DNA of 63,522 nucleotides, counting the filler, from Octopus bimaculoides (taxonomy: Eukaryota): the NCBI RefSeq assembly GCF_001194135.2. It is 5 parts of 5 records of this genome, joined end to end, with 100 filler letters (N's around TTAATTAATTAA, not from the genome) between each part and the next. Parts side by side here need not be neighbours in the genome. Positions count along the whole stretch, not along the records: positions 1 to 18,400 come from NC_068981.1; positions 18,501 to 45,609 come from NC_068995.1; 3 more parts are not named here. One strand, given 5' to 3'. The notes beneath the pieces were generated by a model, which searched no databases, had not been told where the DNA came from, and saw only the letters and a program-made list of their open reading frames with translations. This document shows positions 12,836-24,899 of this stretch, one piece after another (the stretch's first letter is position 1; each line of letters opens with the position of its first letter). Position numbers and translations under genes: made by a program.

Positions 12836-13035
12836 GCATACATGCATACGTATATACATGGGTATGTGTAATGATTACGTATGTTTTGGTCTATTCTCCC
12901 ACTGCTGGAAAACTGGTATTGGTTTTATCACGTCCCCTTAAAGACTAAACTTTAAAAATAAGTGCTGGAGTTGAGTTGTTCGACTAAATGTTTCAAGTCG
13001 GTGCCCCAGCATGGGCGTAGTCCAATGACTGAAAC
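12620..13035 (+). mobile_element. Bipartite SINE A/C: head - (TA)n/(TG)n - CR1-type tail
   Basis: Seen: A head (gggttcagtcc...gaagcccgt) at 12620-12735, microsatellite, then C half ending ggtgccccagcatggg..ccaatgactgaaacaagtaaaaga. Confidence 0.75.
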
Positions 13036-13454
13036 AAGTAAAAGATAAAAGATACTTAATATATTGAAGAGCCACAGAATTTTAGAATTTAAGTTAGCCA
13101 TACAACCGTAGTGAGGAGAAATAATCATTAATTTACTGATTAAAAAAAAACAGGTGTGACAGACTTAGAATTTAAATTAATTATTAAAAATGAATGAGGA
13201 GTAAGGGGTGAAAACTCTAAACGTGTTTCCGTCTTGAGATCTCATCAGCGAAGCATAGTTTATAGCATTGTACTGTATTATAATAGAAAGTTAGAGACAA
13301 CCTGTAATACATTACGGGTATTACTCTGGTTTTAGTATATATATTAGGATTCAGATATTTAACCTCCGGCCATACTCCTCTTCTGTTAGATCAAAATGTC
13401 AGATCATCGACAATCTTTTTTTGTTTTTGATGTTCTCTAAAACTGTCGTTGCAG

Positions 13455-13697
13455 GGATGTGACTTAGTGATTAAGATAATCAGCCCACGATCGTAAGGTC
13501 TTGAGTTAAAAATCAAGTGGCACAATGTGTCCTTAAGTAAGATGTTTCATTCCACTCGGCTGGCAAAAATGAGTTGTACCTGTAATTCAAAGGAGGCCGG
13601 CCTTGTCACATTTTGTGTCACACTGAACCTGCCTGAGAATTAGGTTAAGGGTACGCATGTCTGTGGAGTACTCAGCCGCTTGCAGGTTAATTTCAGG
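13455..13697 (+). mobile_element. tRNA-derived SINE family E
   Basis: Seen: head gacttagtgattaag..gatcgtaaggtcttgagtt matches 60031-60131; the body matches 2868-2960 (-). Confidence 0.75.
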
Positions 13698-14872
13698 TAT
13701 ATAAAACTGTTTATTTTTAGAAATATATAAAATTTAATATTGCCGGAATTAATTAAAGAACTGCAGCAGTTTCTTCGGAATTTTGTCTCTGGAACTCATT
13801 CAGGTTAGGATCGGTTGAGGATTGATCCAGTATCTACTCTCTCACGAGGATTTCCTGTGCACACCAACCAGGGAAACACCTTCAACCACCACCACCACCA
13901 CCACCATCNNNNNNNNNNNNNNNNNNNNNNNNNNNNNNNNNNNNNNNNNNNNNNNNNNNNNNNNNNNNNNNNNNNNNNNNNNNNNNNNNNNNNNNNNNNN
14001 NNNNNNNNNNNNNNNNNNNNNNNNNNNNNNNNNNNNNNNNNNNNNNNNNNNNNNNNNNNNNNNNNNNNNNNNNNNNNNNNNNNNNNNNNNNNNNNNNNNN
14101 NNNNNNNNNNNNNNNNNNNNNNNNNNNNNNNNNNNNNNNNNNNNNNNNNNNNNNNNNNNNNNNNNNNNNNNNNNNNNNNNNNNNNNNNNNNNNNNNNNNN
14201 NNNNNNNNNNNNNNNNNNNNNNNNNNNNNNNNNNNNNNNNNNNNNNNNNNNNNNNNNNNNNNNNNNNNNNNNNNNNNNNNNNNNNNNNNNNNNNNNNNNN
14301 NNNNNNNNNNNNNNNNNNNNNNNNNNNNNNNNNNNNNNNNNNNNNNNNNNNNNNNNNNNNNNNNNNNNNNNNNNNNNNNNNNNNNNNNNNNNNNNNNNNN
14401 NNNNNNNNNNNNNNNNNNNNNNNNNNNNNNNNNNNNNNNNNNNNNNNNNNNNNNNNNNNNNNNNNNNNNNNNNNNNNNNNNNNNNNNNNNNNNNNNNNNN
14501 NNNNNNNNNNNNNNNNNNNNNNNNNNNNNNNNNNNNNNNNNNNNNNNNNNNNNNNNNNNNNNNNNNNNNNNNNNNNNNNNNNNNNNNNNNNNNNNNNNNN
14601 NNNNNNNNNNNNNNNNNNNNNNNNNNNNNNNNNNNNNNNNNNNNNNNNNNNNNNNNNNNNNNNNNNNNNNNNNNNNNNNNNNNNNNNNNNNNNNNNNNNN
14701 NNNNNNNNNNNNNNNNNNNNNNNNNNNNNNNNNNNNNNNNNNNNNNNNNNNNNNNNNNNNNNNNNTATAAACATAAATGTTTTTATCTATGTATATAAGT
14801 ATTCTTATACATTTATACATAACTCGTATATGTTTATACTAACTTGACTATATATATATATGTGTGTGTGTA

Positions 14873-14908
<36 letters not shown>

Positions 14909-15041
14909 TGTGTGTGTGTGTCTGTGTCTGTGTGTATGTGTCTGTGTGTGTATATATACACACATCAATGCATGAGTGTGTGAGCTTGTGCACAAGCTTG
15001 CATAAGTATATTTATAAATATTCATATATTGATAAAGGTAC

Positions 15042-15081
<40 letters not shown>

Positions 15082-15411
15082 ACCATATATACTTTTAAAC
15101 ATAGCACAGAGAGAGTATGTGTGTGTGCGCGTGAGAGAGAGAGAGAGAGAGATGGAGGGAGAAAGAGAAAATTTGTCTAATTTGGAAAAGTTGGCATCAA
15201 CTGTGACATCACGTGTCACCTTATTCGCACATTGAGGAAACGGAATTGCATTTTCATTAAATTTCAACAAATGTAGAAAAGATGGCAGCTTCCAGCCAAA
15301 AGCATTTCAACTCCTGGTGACATTTCTCCCTCTCCTTCATATATGTATGAATGTATGTACACGTATGTACACACACACACACACACACACATATGTATGT
15401 ATGTATGTCTG

Positions 15412-15443
<32 letters not shown>

Positions 15444-16474
15444 GCTGTATCGTTATCTCTTTCGTCGCCATCTCACCTCTTATTCTTCACCCAGCCTATC
15501 TGTCTATTTAGCATTATCTTTCGCTCACATCGACCTGTAATTGAAGCATCGTACTCACTGCTATGCTTGCTTCTGCAAATGTTTGGACGGGAGGCATCTG
15601 TTGCGAGCAATATGTCGAGAATCCCAAACATCTACCCGAGACTGAGCGTGTCAAAAACAGCCCTCTATTTACAGACATCCTAATTACCGGAATATCTTAT
15701 CCCACACCAATATTAGTCTATCATCACGTTGACGTTTTCGGATTTAATATAGAGCAACACACATAGATTCATACATCTAAACATCCGCGCGGGCACTCAC
15801 GCACAAATACATTCGTGTATGTCTGATAAATCAACTTTGGTGAAATTTCATAGTCATTTCCATTTAGGGGAAAGGAAAGGGGAGGTAACTGCAAACAATT
15901 TAGTAATAATGTCACAGAATGTTGATTTTAAATTTTTAAGGATTTTAGGAGAAAACAAAAATGCAAAAGAAAATTGAGAGCAAATTGAGAGAGAGTTTTA
16001 GATGGCGTAAAAGAAATTCTCTAAGAAGCCAAAAAGAATGAACGATAGAGCTAAAGATGAACAAAATTAGAGACAAATATTTTGTGTGATACGGGTTACC
16101 CCACACACAACCTCGGATTATCCTGACACATGTTGCGAAAGCACCGTCTCTCCATTCTTGCCGCTGACCTATAGCAGCAAAGTTAATTCAGACCAATTTG
16201 GCAGCACGAATTCTTCCCTTTTCACACATATTACATAAGATTTATTCGAAGGCAGCATATTTCTCTGTACCTTAATCTTCCTTCTCAGATGTAATTTGAG
16301 CAATTTTCTGACGGTTTGGTCTGAGATGAAAATGCGTTTCACCAAACTCTCCTGTACTAGTCTCCAAGGTTAGTTTTCCTTTCTTCTCGAATGTAAGCAG
16401 TGGTTCCTAATTAAAGGTAGACTTGGGTGAGAAAAGAATCCATTCCATACGTTTATGATATGAGTTCCACTTAA

Positions 16475-16686
16475 GACAGCAAGCTGGCAGAAATGTTGGC
16501 ATGCCGGGCAAAATGCTTAGCGGTATTTCGGCTGTCTTTATGTTCTGAGTTCAAATTCTACCGAGGTCAACTTTGTCTTTCATCCTTTCAGGATCGATAA
16601 ATTAACTACCAGTTGCGTACTGGGTCGATCTAACCGACTGGCCCCTCTCACCCAAAATTTTGGACCTTGTGCCTAGAGTAGAAAAG
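16475..16686 (+). mobile_element. tRNA-derived SINE family B with a perfect 18-bp target-site duplication
   Basis: Seen: TSD gatatgagttccacttaa at 16457-16474 and 16687-16704; B-box-like GAGTTCAAATTC. Related copies at about 6380-6460, 49850-50050, 51322-51393, 57655-57835 (-) and 57915-58100. Confidence 0.9.
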
Positions 16687-16899
16687 GATATGAGTTCCAC
16701 TTAAACTTGCAGCAATTCACAGATCCTAAAAGATAGCGACCAGACAATTTCGTCAATCTTCAATCATGTCAGGTACTTTCTTTCCAACAACTTGTCTGTA
16801 GAGTTTATCCCGAAGAGGTAAATCATCCTTTGTTGTTTTTCTAATCCAAGGACGTCTGGAAATTATCGATAAACGTCGACCTGAAAGTTTTCTTAGCCC

Positions 16900-17244
16900 A
16901 AATCACTTCCATGCCATCAGAGCTCATATTCTCAACTAACACTCTACAGAAGGCTAACTGGGGATTTTTTACAGACCACAAAAGATTCAGCTGGTAGAAT
17001 GCAATGTGCAGGCAACATTTTAGAAGTCCCAGGCCAAACCAACTCTGTAAACTCTCACTAGAAAACTCTGAGACTATGAAACTGACCTTATTCTGGGATA
17101 TTCTAATCCACAAAGAGACAAATAAAAGATAATAGACCAGATATTGTGGTCGAAGGCTAGAGAGGGAAGATGTTTCTTCTAATCAAAATATCAATAAAAA
17201 TTGAAATGATCGAAGTGAAGGGATTAAAGAAAGAAACAGTTTCT
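16900..17244 (+). mobile_element. Degenerate RLE-type LINE 3' fragment, a different R4/Dong-like subfamily
   Basis: Seen: ENSETMKLTLFWDILIH..NRPDIVVEG..MFLLIKISI. Known: the Dong/R4 consensus is ENxxxKILWDFxIQTDxxIxxNRPDIVV. Confidence 0.6.
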
Positions 17245-17595
17245 ANNNNNNNNNNNNNNNNNNNNNNNNNNNNNNNNNNNNNNNNNNNNNNNNNNNNNNN
17301 NNNNNNNNNNNNNNNNNNNNNNNNNNNNNNNNNNNNNNNNNNNNNNNNNNNNNNNNNNNNNNNNNNNNNNNNNNNNNNNNNNNNNNNNNNNNNNNNNNNN
17401 NNNNNNNNNNNNNNNNNNNNNNNNNNNNNNNNNNNNNNNNNNNNNNNNNNNNNNNNNNNNNNNNNNNNNNNNNNNNNNNNNNNNNNNNNNNNNNNNNNNN
17501 NNNNNNNNNNNNNNNNNNNNNNNNNNNNNNNNNNNNNNNNNNNNNNNNNNNNNNNNNNNNNNNNNNNNNNNNNNNNNNNNNNNNNNNNNNNNNNN

Positions 17596-17659
<64 letters not shown>

Positions 17660-18247
17660 AAATGTATATACATATATACATATACAGGCATACGCACATA
17701 TATACAAACATCTAAGTGCGTATACATGCATACATACAAGCATAGATATATTACTGTGTGTAGTAATATATTTATTTCCTTCTATAACGTGGAGGTGGTG
17801 AACTTTCCAATCAAAGACAAAGTTCCGGCAGACTTTCTTTTATCGTTTCCGACTGAAAAAGCCCTTTCAAAACCGAAGAGCCGCCTGTTTGTAATCTGTT
17901 TTGCGGGCAACAAGCTATTTTTTCGGGGAAGAGGGGCTTTTGAGTGGAATCAGGTGGAGTCCATTGCTTACATAAGGGGGACAGAAATACTTCGTGATTT
18001 TGTCAAGAGTCTGTCATATAGTGTTGAAATTCTCTTTAGGTTCTACTGTTGTCTCTGATTGCCTCTGCTGTAGGCAACGAGGAAGGGTTCGGTACTGCTA
18101 CACATCTGCCGGTGCAGTGAGACAGTTAGGGTTACAGATGGGGTTAGAGGGACCGATAGAAAAGTCTTCGTTCGCATCTATAAAATATATATATATATAT
18201 ATATAAAAGCAAAACAAAGAAACGTAAACACACGCGCGCACGCACAA

Positions 18248-18278
<31 letters not shown>

Positions 18279-18444
18279 TAATTATATGTGTGTGCGCATG
18301 TATGTGTGTGAATGTGTGTATAAATACTCACAGCACACATAGATTAGATACACATTTATGTATAATATATGTTTATGTATAATATATGTCTATATACTTA
18401 NNNNNNNNNNNNNNNNNNNNNNNNNNNNNNNNNNNNNNNNNNNN

Positions 18445-18456
18445 TTAATTAATTAA
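18445..18456. other. Assembly join marker TTAATTAATTAA in a 100-bp N spacer (also at 45654-45665, 60580-60591, 62214-62225)
   Basis: Seen: the identical N44+12+N44 layout occurs four times. The 12-mer is palindromic and places TAA in all six frames, so it is artificial. Confidence 0.95.
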
Positions 18457-18500
18457 NNNNNNNNNNNNNNNNNNNNNNNNNNNNNNNNNNNNNNNNNNNN

Positions 18501-20770
18501 ATGCATATAGCTGCATATCTAGACATGCTCATATATATATTTAAATGATAAACTTCTGGAAGTTTTACAGATTTTTACAGTTCCAGTGATGGCTTGGATC
18601 TTTAGTCTTCAAATTAGCTTTCTCCTTTCTGCTTTTGAGAAGCCTAATTTCTCAAGATTGGTATTTAGGCAGTGTGTTACATATCTGAGGGCCCCAATAA
18701 TTACAGGTATAAACCTGAACTTGTAATCTGGATAGAGTAACTGCAGATTTCTCAATAGCCCAGCATAGGTGTTCTCTTTTTCACTGATCTTCAGCTTTAT
18801 GTTAACATCCGTCGGGCAGCTAATTTCCAGAATTGTGCACAGTTTCTCTTCTCTGTCCCAAATCATTATATCAGGTCTGTTGTGCTTACTTTTATTGAGG
18901 TCTTCAGTGGTACATTCCACCAGTATTCCTTTTTATTATGAGTGGCAATGGCTTCTATCATATTATAGGTTTTAATTTCTTTGTCCTCAGGATTATCCTT
19001 CCGGCGGATTTCATTAATGAGTGTCCTAGCTACAATGTCATGTCTCATTGGTAGATAATACCATGATGACATTTTCAGACAACTGCTTATGATGTGGGTG
19101 ATATCTTCAGTGTGAACTCCACAAAGTCTGCATCGGTTGTCACATTTTACGGTTTTTCCTGCATCTCTATCCCTTTTGTGCATCAGGTACTTGGTTGATA
19201 TTTCCTGTTCCTGGATTGCGAATGCAAGCCCTTCAAAGTGGGAGGTAGTAATACGGCTATTCGTCCATGATAAACTGCTTTGATGATCTATGTTACTATC
19301 ATCACGGAGCTTTCTACTAACATATCCATGCATAGCCTTCTGCTCATATAGCCTCATCCTTTCATCTGATGATATGTTGCAGTAGAGTTGTGCGACTTCT
19401 TTGGGCATGTATTCTAGGTTATCAGACACAGAGTGTTGCTCAAGGAGCTGCCTTCCAAGTCTTATGATGTTATCAGTCTCATGTATGCAAACTTGGTCAA
19501 GGGATGCACTTCAATGCTTGGTGGTTAAAAGATGTTACCAAAGGGATATGATGCGACATTCAAATGCATTTTGGATCGATGTTAAGCCTCTGCCACCTTG
19601 TTTTCATTTTAGGTAGAGGCAGTATATGTCACTTTATGTGGAAATTATGTGTGCTTGTTAGTATTTTTGGGGTTTTCACATCAATGGCTCAGATCTCATC
19701 AAGCATCCAGATGTTGGTATGAGTACTGGTACTGCAAACACATTGTGGGCCACTGTTTTATTGTATGCAGAGAGTTCTCAGGTCCAAATTTTCCTTATTC
19801 AGTTGTAATATTCTTTAGTAACATGTGTTTTGTTACAAGTGCCATTGTAAGATATGTTTTCATCCACCCCTATGTACTTGTAACATTCCTTGTTAAATAC
19901 AAGGGAAACAGTCAAATCATTAATGGAGATGTTTCTTGTCTGGTTTATAGTTCCCCCCCCCTTTTCACAACCATATAACAACATTTATCCTCACTAAATT
20001 CCAACCCTACATTCTTTGAGAATGTTGTAACTAGGCCAAGGCTCTTTTTCATCTCATACATATTCTTTGCATAAAGTTTTAAGTCATCCACAAAGAAACG
20101 GTGCATAATTTTGGTATTTCTGTTTCCTTGTGAACCAGTGAGATATTCTTCAGACTTCCTTAACATGAATGACAAGAGGTTTACAGAAAGTATAAACAAC
20201 ATCACAGAGAGGCTGTCTCCATGGAATATGCATTTGTGATATTGTATTCTATTGGTGATAATACAGTCACTCTTGTGTTTAATTTCAAGATGGTGACCCA
20301 TGATGAAGTCAGGTCAACTATGGCTTTGACTATTCTCACTGAAACTTTAGTAAGTTGAAGGGCGTTTAGAATCCATGTGTGGGGAACAGTGTCAAAGGCT
20401 TTCTTGAAATCTAGCCACATTGAAACTAGGTTCCGCCTATGCTCTCACACCTCTGACATCGCAGTTTTGTTGATTAACAGTTGCTCAGCACATCCCCAGA
20501 CTCCCTTCTTCCCAGCTGCTTGTTCTGCTTTGATAATGTTATTGGTTTCACAATTGTCTTGGAGGAAGAGGTTTAAACATGCTGTGTATATCTTATACAT
20601 TAAGTTCTGGCATGCAATTGGCTGGTAGTTTTTTGCCATGTGGGTGGTTCTGCATTTGAGGATCAATTTTATCTCTGCCAGAGCTAACCAGTGTGGTATG
20701 CTACTGTTTCCAATGAAAGCTTGCTGGTACACGTTGATAAGATATGGTCAGTAGAATGTTAACTTCTTGT
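18501..20770 (-). mobile_element. R4/Dong-like non-LTR retrotransposon, frameshifted (RT + CCHC + RLE)
   Basis: Seen: NYQPIACQNLMYKIYT..EQAAGKKGVWGCAEQLLIN; WLDFKKAFDTVPH; FHGDSLS; HRFFVDDLKLYAK; CRLCGVHTEDITHIISSC; KHNRPDIMIWDREEK..EISCP. Multiple frameshifts; the 3' end is lost in the gap. Confidence 0.92.
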
Positions 20771-20974
20771 AATGTGAGATATTATCCTAAAAAACTTATA
20801 CTTATATAATAGTATCTAATTTACATATTAATGGATAGGACCAGAAGATTATGCTAAAAAGTATATGTTAAGGTCTACCAGGACTAATATTTAGCATAAT
20901 CTTCTGGTCCTATCCATTAATATGTAAATTAGATACTATTATATAAGTATAAGTTTTTTAGGATATCTCACATT
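20771..20974. repeat. Inverted repeat, about 85-bp arms with a 31-nt spacer
   Basis: Seen: 20771-20858 is the reverse complement of 20890-20974 except for one 3-nt indel. Confidence 0.92.
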
Positions 20975-21390
20975 GCTGCTGGCGGTTGACCAGTCCTGGT
21001 ATCTAGATGTGTTTTTGAACTTTGTGTAACATCTTGATGAGGGGAGTGCCATGATTAATAATATGAAATATGTGATATTCCATGGTACATCTCTGAAAGG
21101 GCCCGTAAATGTTATCTTTATATTTTTTTTCTTTCGCTGTTTTTAGTATGTCTCTTTACTACTTAATCCTCTCAAGAAAAATTTTCAATTTCATCATACT
21201 AAAGAATTATAATTTTAAATGTACTTACAAAAGAAATTTTTCTTAAATTCAATCGTGTTTTATGTATTACATTGACATTTGTCTATTTATGTATTCTGGA
21301 ATTTTTATTTCCCTTTTATAAAATATATATGTATATATTTATATCAGTTTCGAATGTGTATTTTAATTATGTTCTTCTAGACTCCACATG

Positions 21391-21439
21391 TTGTCGTCAT
21401 CGTCGTCGTTTAACGTCCGCTTTCCATGCTAGCATGGGT
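21391..21439 (-). mobile_element. RTE-tail short repeat (family D) 3' end, cut by a gap
   Basis: Seen: cgtcgtcgtttaacgtccgctttccatgctagcatggg, identical to the starts of the 30838 and 34512 copies. Confidence 0.8.
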
Positions 21440-21659
21440 NNNNNNNNNNNNNNNNNNNNNNNNNNNNNNNNNNNNNNNNNNNNNNNNNNNNNNNNNNNNN
21501 NNNNNNNNNNNNNNNNNNNNNNNNNNNNNNNNNNNNNNNGCACAGACCAGCCCAAATATTCAAAAGATTCTTTTTCCCTCCCTTTCCTTCTCTCTTTCTT
21601 TTCTTTATTTAAATCAGAAGAGAAAAAAAAAAAATTTTTAATTTTATAATTATACAGGT

Positions 21660-22520
21660 GACTGTATTAAAGTAAATTCAGCCTCGTCGGTATTCCCGGT
21701 AACGACTAAGTGATTTTATTATTTTGACTTTTTATTCCTATACACTTTTAAGAATGTAGACGAAAATTTATGGATGCAAAAAGGAAATCACATCAGTAAA
21801 TTTATTCAAGGTGTTTGGTCCAGAACATTTAAGGATGGTAAGGGATTCCCTCATACACAGCTTACATTTGCTAATATTTCCTTTGAAGTTAGTGGTTCTA
21901 GAAATGATGGACCATTCTAGATAATAATTCTTATTCCTCTTCAATTCATGTATATGGGATGCAAGTGTGGTTGAATTTCAGTACTTATCCTTAGAGAACG
22001 AACTCATATGGGATCTATATCTAGCTTTAAAATCTACTGTACTACCTATATAGAATTTGTTTAATTTATCCTTGTCCTTAACTACACATTTATATACAAC
22101 ATTAGTAACCAAACAGGAACCATCCAAGGGACATAATTCGGGGTTTCTACAATTACATTTCTTCCCAAGGCCTTTCTTAGTTTTATTTTTACTTTTACTT
22201 TTTGCATCATCGATTCTTGCCAGGTTTCCTTCTATCATTCCATCAGATCTTCCCTTATTACTTCGGGTTCGATAAACCCGGTGAAGGCAAAGTACTTGTA
22301 CCATTGGCATTGGGTGTTACACAATTATTATTCACAGGTCTGGGGCTACCCTCAGGGGAACATTGCCAACTCCCCTGTCCAGCAAGTTTGCTTCTATTAA
22401 TAGATGCAATAATTGAGGCGAAATTAGGCATTACAGAGTGAGAGAACTTGACAGTTGACTTGTTACAAATACTATAGTATTTGTGATTCCTTGTCAAAAG
22501 TAAAATGTAAAGCTTTGTAT
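21660..22520 (-). mobile_element. Penelope-like element: linker + GIY-YIG endonuclease, degenerate
   Basis: Seen: HKYYSICNKSTVKFSHSVMPNFASIIAS; KCNCRNPELCPLDGSCLVTNVVYKC..FYIGSTVDFKARYRSH; then NSTTLASHIHELK..LEWSII..CKLCMRE. Known: this is the GIY-YIG plus Cys/His pattern of Penelope-group PLEs. Confidence 0.85.
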
Positions 22521-22769
22521 AAGCTTTCTTGTGTTAAGTACTGGTTGTCACAAAAGTATTAAAATACATATATACATTCTTTGATAGTACTAAGCAAATG
22601 TTAAAAACAGTTTACAAGAGAGTATTCAACAAAAAGTATTAGGAGTTCAATAAAAATCATGTTTGTTTGTTTGGTAGTATATATATACACACAGAAGGAG
22701 ATATATTTAAGAATTTACAAAAAATTGGAGAGGAACCAACCTGTCTTTTTAACATGTTTTCTCTCTTGT

Positions 22770-23330
22770 ATAATGCCCCCACCACCACCACCAAATCATC
22801 ACAAATTCTCCTCCATGTTTAACTGTTGGAAGAAGGCAGTCTGAGTCAAATGCTTCTTTTGGCTGTCTCCACATGTATACTCGGCTGGTGGTCGGAAATA
22901 AGGTAAAGGATGACCCGTCCGAGAGAATAACATTCTTCCACTGCTCTTGGAACCAATTCTGTAGGTCTTTACTCTACTCTAAACACTTTGCGATGTTTGT
23001 TTTTGAAAGTAGTGGTTTTCTGATTGCAGCCCTCCCATGAAATCTGGCTTTGTGCAGCTCCCAGCAAACAGTCTTTTTAGGAAACTGGGTTCTTGAGGTG
23101 GTCATTAAGCCCTGCAGTAATTTTGGGAGCTGTACTTTTGTGATCCTTTCTAACAATTCATGTAAGAATCTGATGGTCCCTATCCAAAAGTTTTGGTTTT
23201 CTTCCGGAGTTTTGTTTTGACTAGGAGGTTTTTTCCTCTTTCTCAAAGGCTGTTATTACTTTTGAGACAGTACTTCTTGATACACCAAATATTTCAGCTG
23301 TTTTCATTATGCTAGTGCCTGCCAATATAT
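22770..23330 (-). mobile_element. Tc1-family transposase remnant
   Basis: Seen: AGTSIMKTAEIFGVSRSTVSKVITAFEKE (HTH); ELHKARFHGRAAIRKPLLSK; WKNVILSDGSSFTLFPTTSRVYMWRQPKEAFDSDCLLPTVKHGG. Confidence 0.85.
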
Positions 23331-23418
23331 ACATATGCATACTCACACACACACACACACATACATACATATATATATATATATATAGATAGATAGATAG
23401 ATATAGATATAGATAGAT

Positions 23419-23457
<39 letters not shown>

Positions 23458-23957
23458 TAGATAGATAGTTATATATAGATAGATATATATCGATAGATAG
23501 ATATATAGATATATATATAACAAACTTTGGTTGTAGAACAAACAACAAAATCAAGGTCATTCAACTAATATATCACATCTCGAACATTTAATCACATATA
23601 AAGAAACATAATGCTTTTTCTATACATAGAATACGGATGTACAAAATCGTAGAAGATGAAACATTACTTCATTTAGACAGGCATATAGAAAAAAGTGAGT
23701 ACAGTCTATCGCATATAAAAAAATATTTAAAAAAATTAAATTAATACTACAGTGTCTAGAAAAATTTTTTTTTTAACATTATAAAACCTAAAATAGGGTA
23801 ATAAATATATAAAAATATAAATATATCAATATATTATAAATTAACTACCTACAAAAATAATTGGTAAGCTAACTCAAAAAATCATCACCAAAATAGCAGA
23901 AAAAAACGACAGTGAAGGTATGCAGACTCTTCAAGAATCGATCCTTTTGGTAATATT

Positions 23958-24296
23958 AATAATAATAAAGGAGTTACGACGCAAAAACGTATAAATTCAA
24001 ATGAACATATTTATCTTCTTCAATATATATTTCAGTATAAAGAATTCATTAAGAGGCTTAAATCAAAATTTCTTTACACATCATTCAGGAATAAATATAA
24101 CATCAGAAAAAATACATTCCGTTTAAAAACACAAACCGTTCATGGTGAAAAAATTTCACAATTACCTGAATGATGTGTAAAGAAATTTTGATTTAAGCCT
24201 CTTAATGAATTCTTTATACTGAAATATATATTGAAGAAGATAAATATGTTCATTTGAATTTATACGTTTTTGCGTCGTAACTCCTTTATTATTATT
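23958..24296. repeat. Perfect inverted repeat, 132-bp arms with a 75-nt spacer
   Basis: Seen: 23958-24089 equals the reverse complement of 24165-24296. The left arm translates to the same NNNKGVTTQKR...YTSFR as the minus-strand ORF 24162..24359. Confidence 0.95.
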
Positions 24297-24334
24297 TATA
24301 TATAAATATAAAAATATGTATGTAAGTTTACGAT

Positions 24335-24790
24335 GTATGGATGGGGACAGCTGCATCAAGAAGTGCTGACCTCTAACTGTGGAGGGGCAGACATAGGACA
24401 GAATAGTGAGAAAAGATCTTCATGTGTTGAGCCTCACAGATGAGATGGCAAGGGACTGAGACTCCAGGCAGTTTACTGGGCTTGAGAAGACACATCAAAC
24501 TAAGTAAAATTGTGGCTGTTCGTACATACAGTTATGTACTCTATGTCTCTCTCTCAGCTGAGAGGTCCCTTCTTTTGTGAGGCTTGCAGATGCTGGTGCC
24601 ACATAAAAAGCACTTGTACCAGTGCCACTTGAAAGCACCCTTGCTAGTGCCATGTAAGAGCACCTGTGCCAGTGCCACATAAAAAGCACCCAGTTCACCC
24701 TCCGAAGGACATCTATAGAAACCATGCCAAAATAGACAATTGGAACCTGAGCAGTTCCCCACCTGACCAATTTGATAAACCATCATGCGA
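24335..24790 (+). mobile_element. RTE LINE 3' end (ORF C-terminus + 3' UTR with gtgccacataaaaagcac repeats)
   Basis: Seen: RKDLHVLSLTDEMARD..LEKTHQTK, homologous to KHDLRTLGLTEAM..DLWRYAV at 40.1 kb. Confidence 0.7.
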
Positions 24791-24899
24791 GCATGAATAG
24801 CAAACATTAAATAATGCTGCTGCTGATTATATATAATGTATTGTTCCTTGATAGAAAACTTCAACAAAAAAAGTACTCCGTCTGGGGAGAGATAAATAT

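Noticed and set aside
24590-24695. Short spaced direct repeats (gtgccac..aaaagcac) superficially CRISPR-like
   Set aside because: Irregular degenerate units inside an RTE 3' UTR, in a eukaryotic context with no cas genes.
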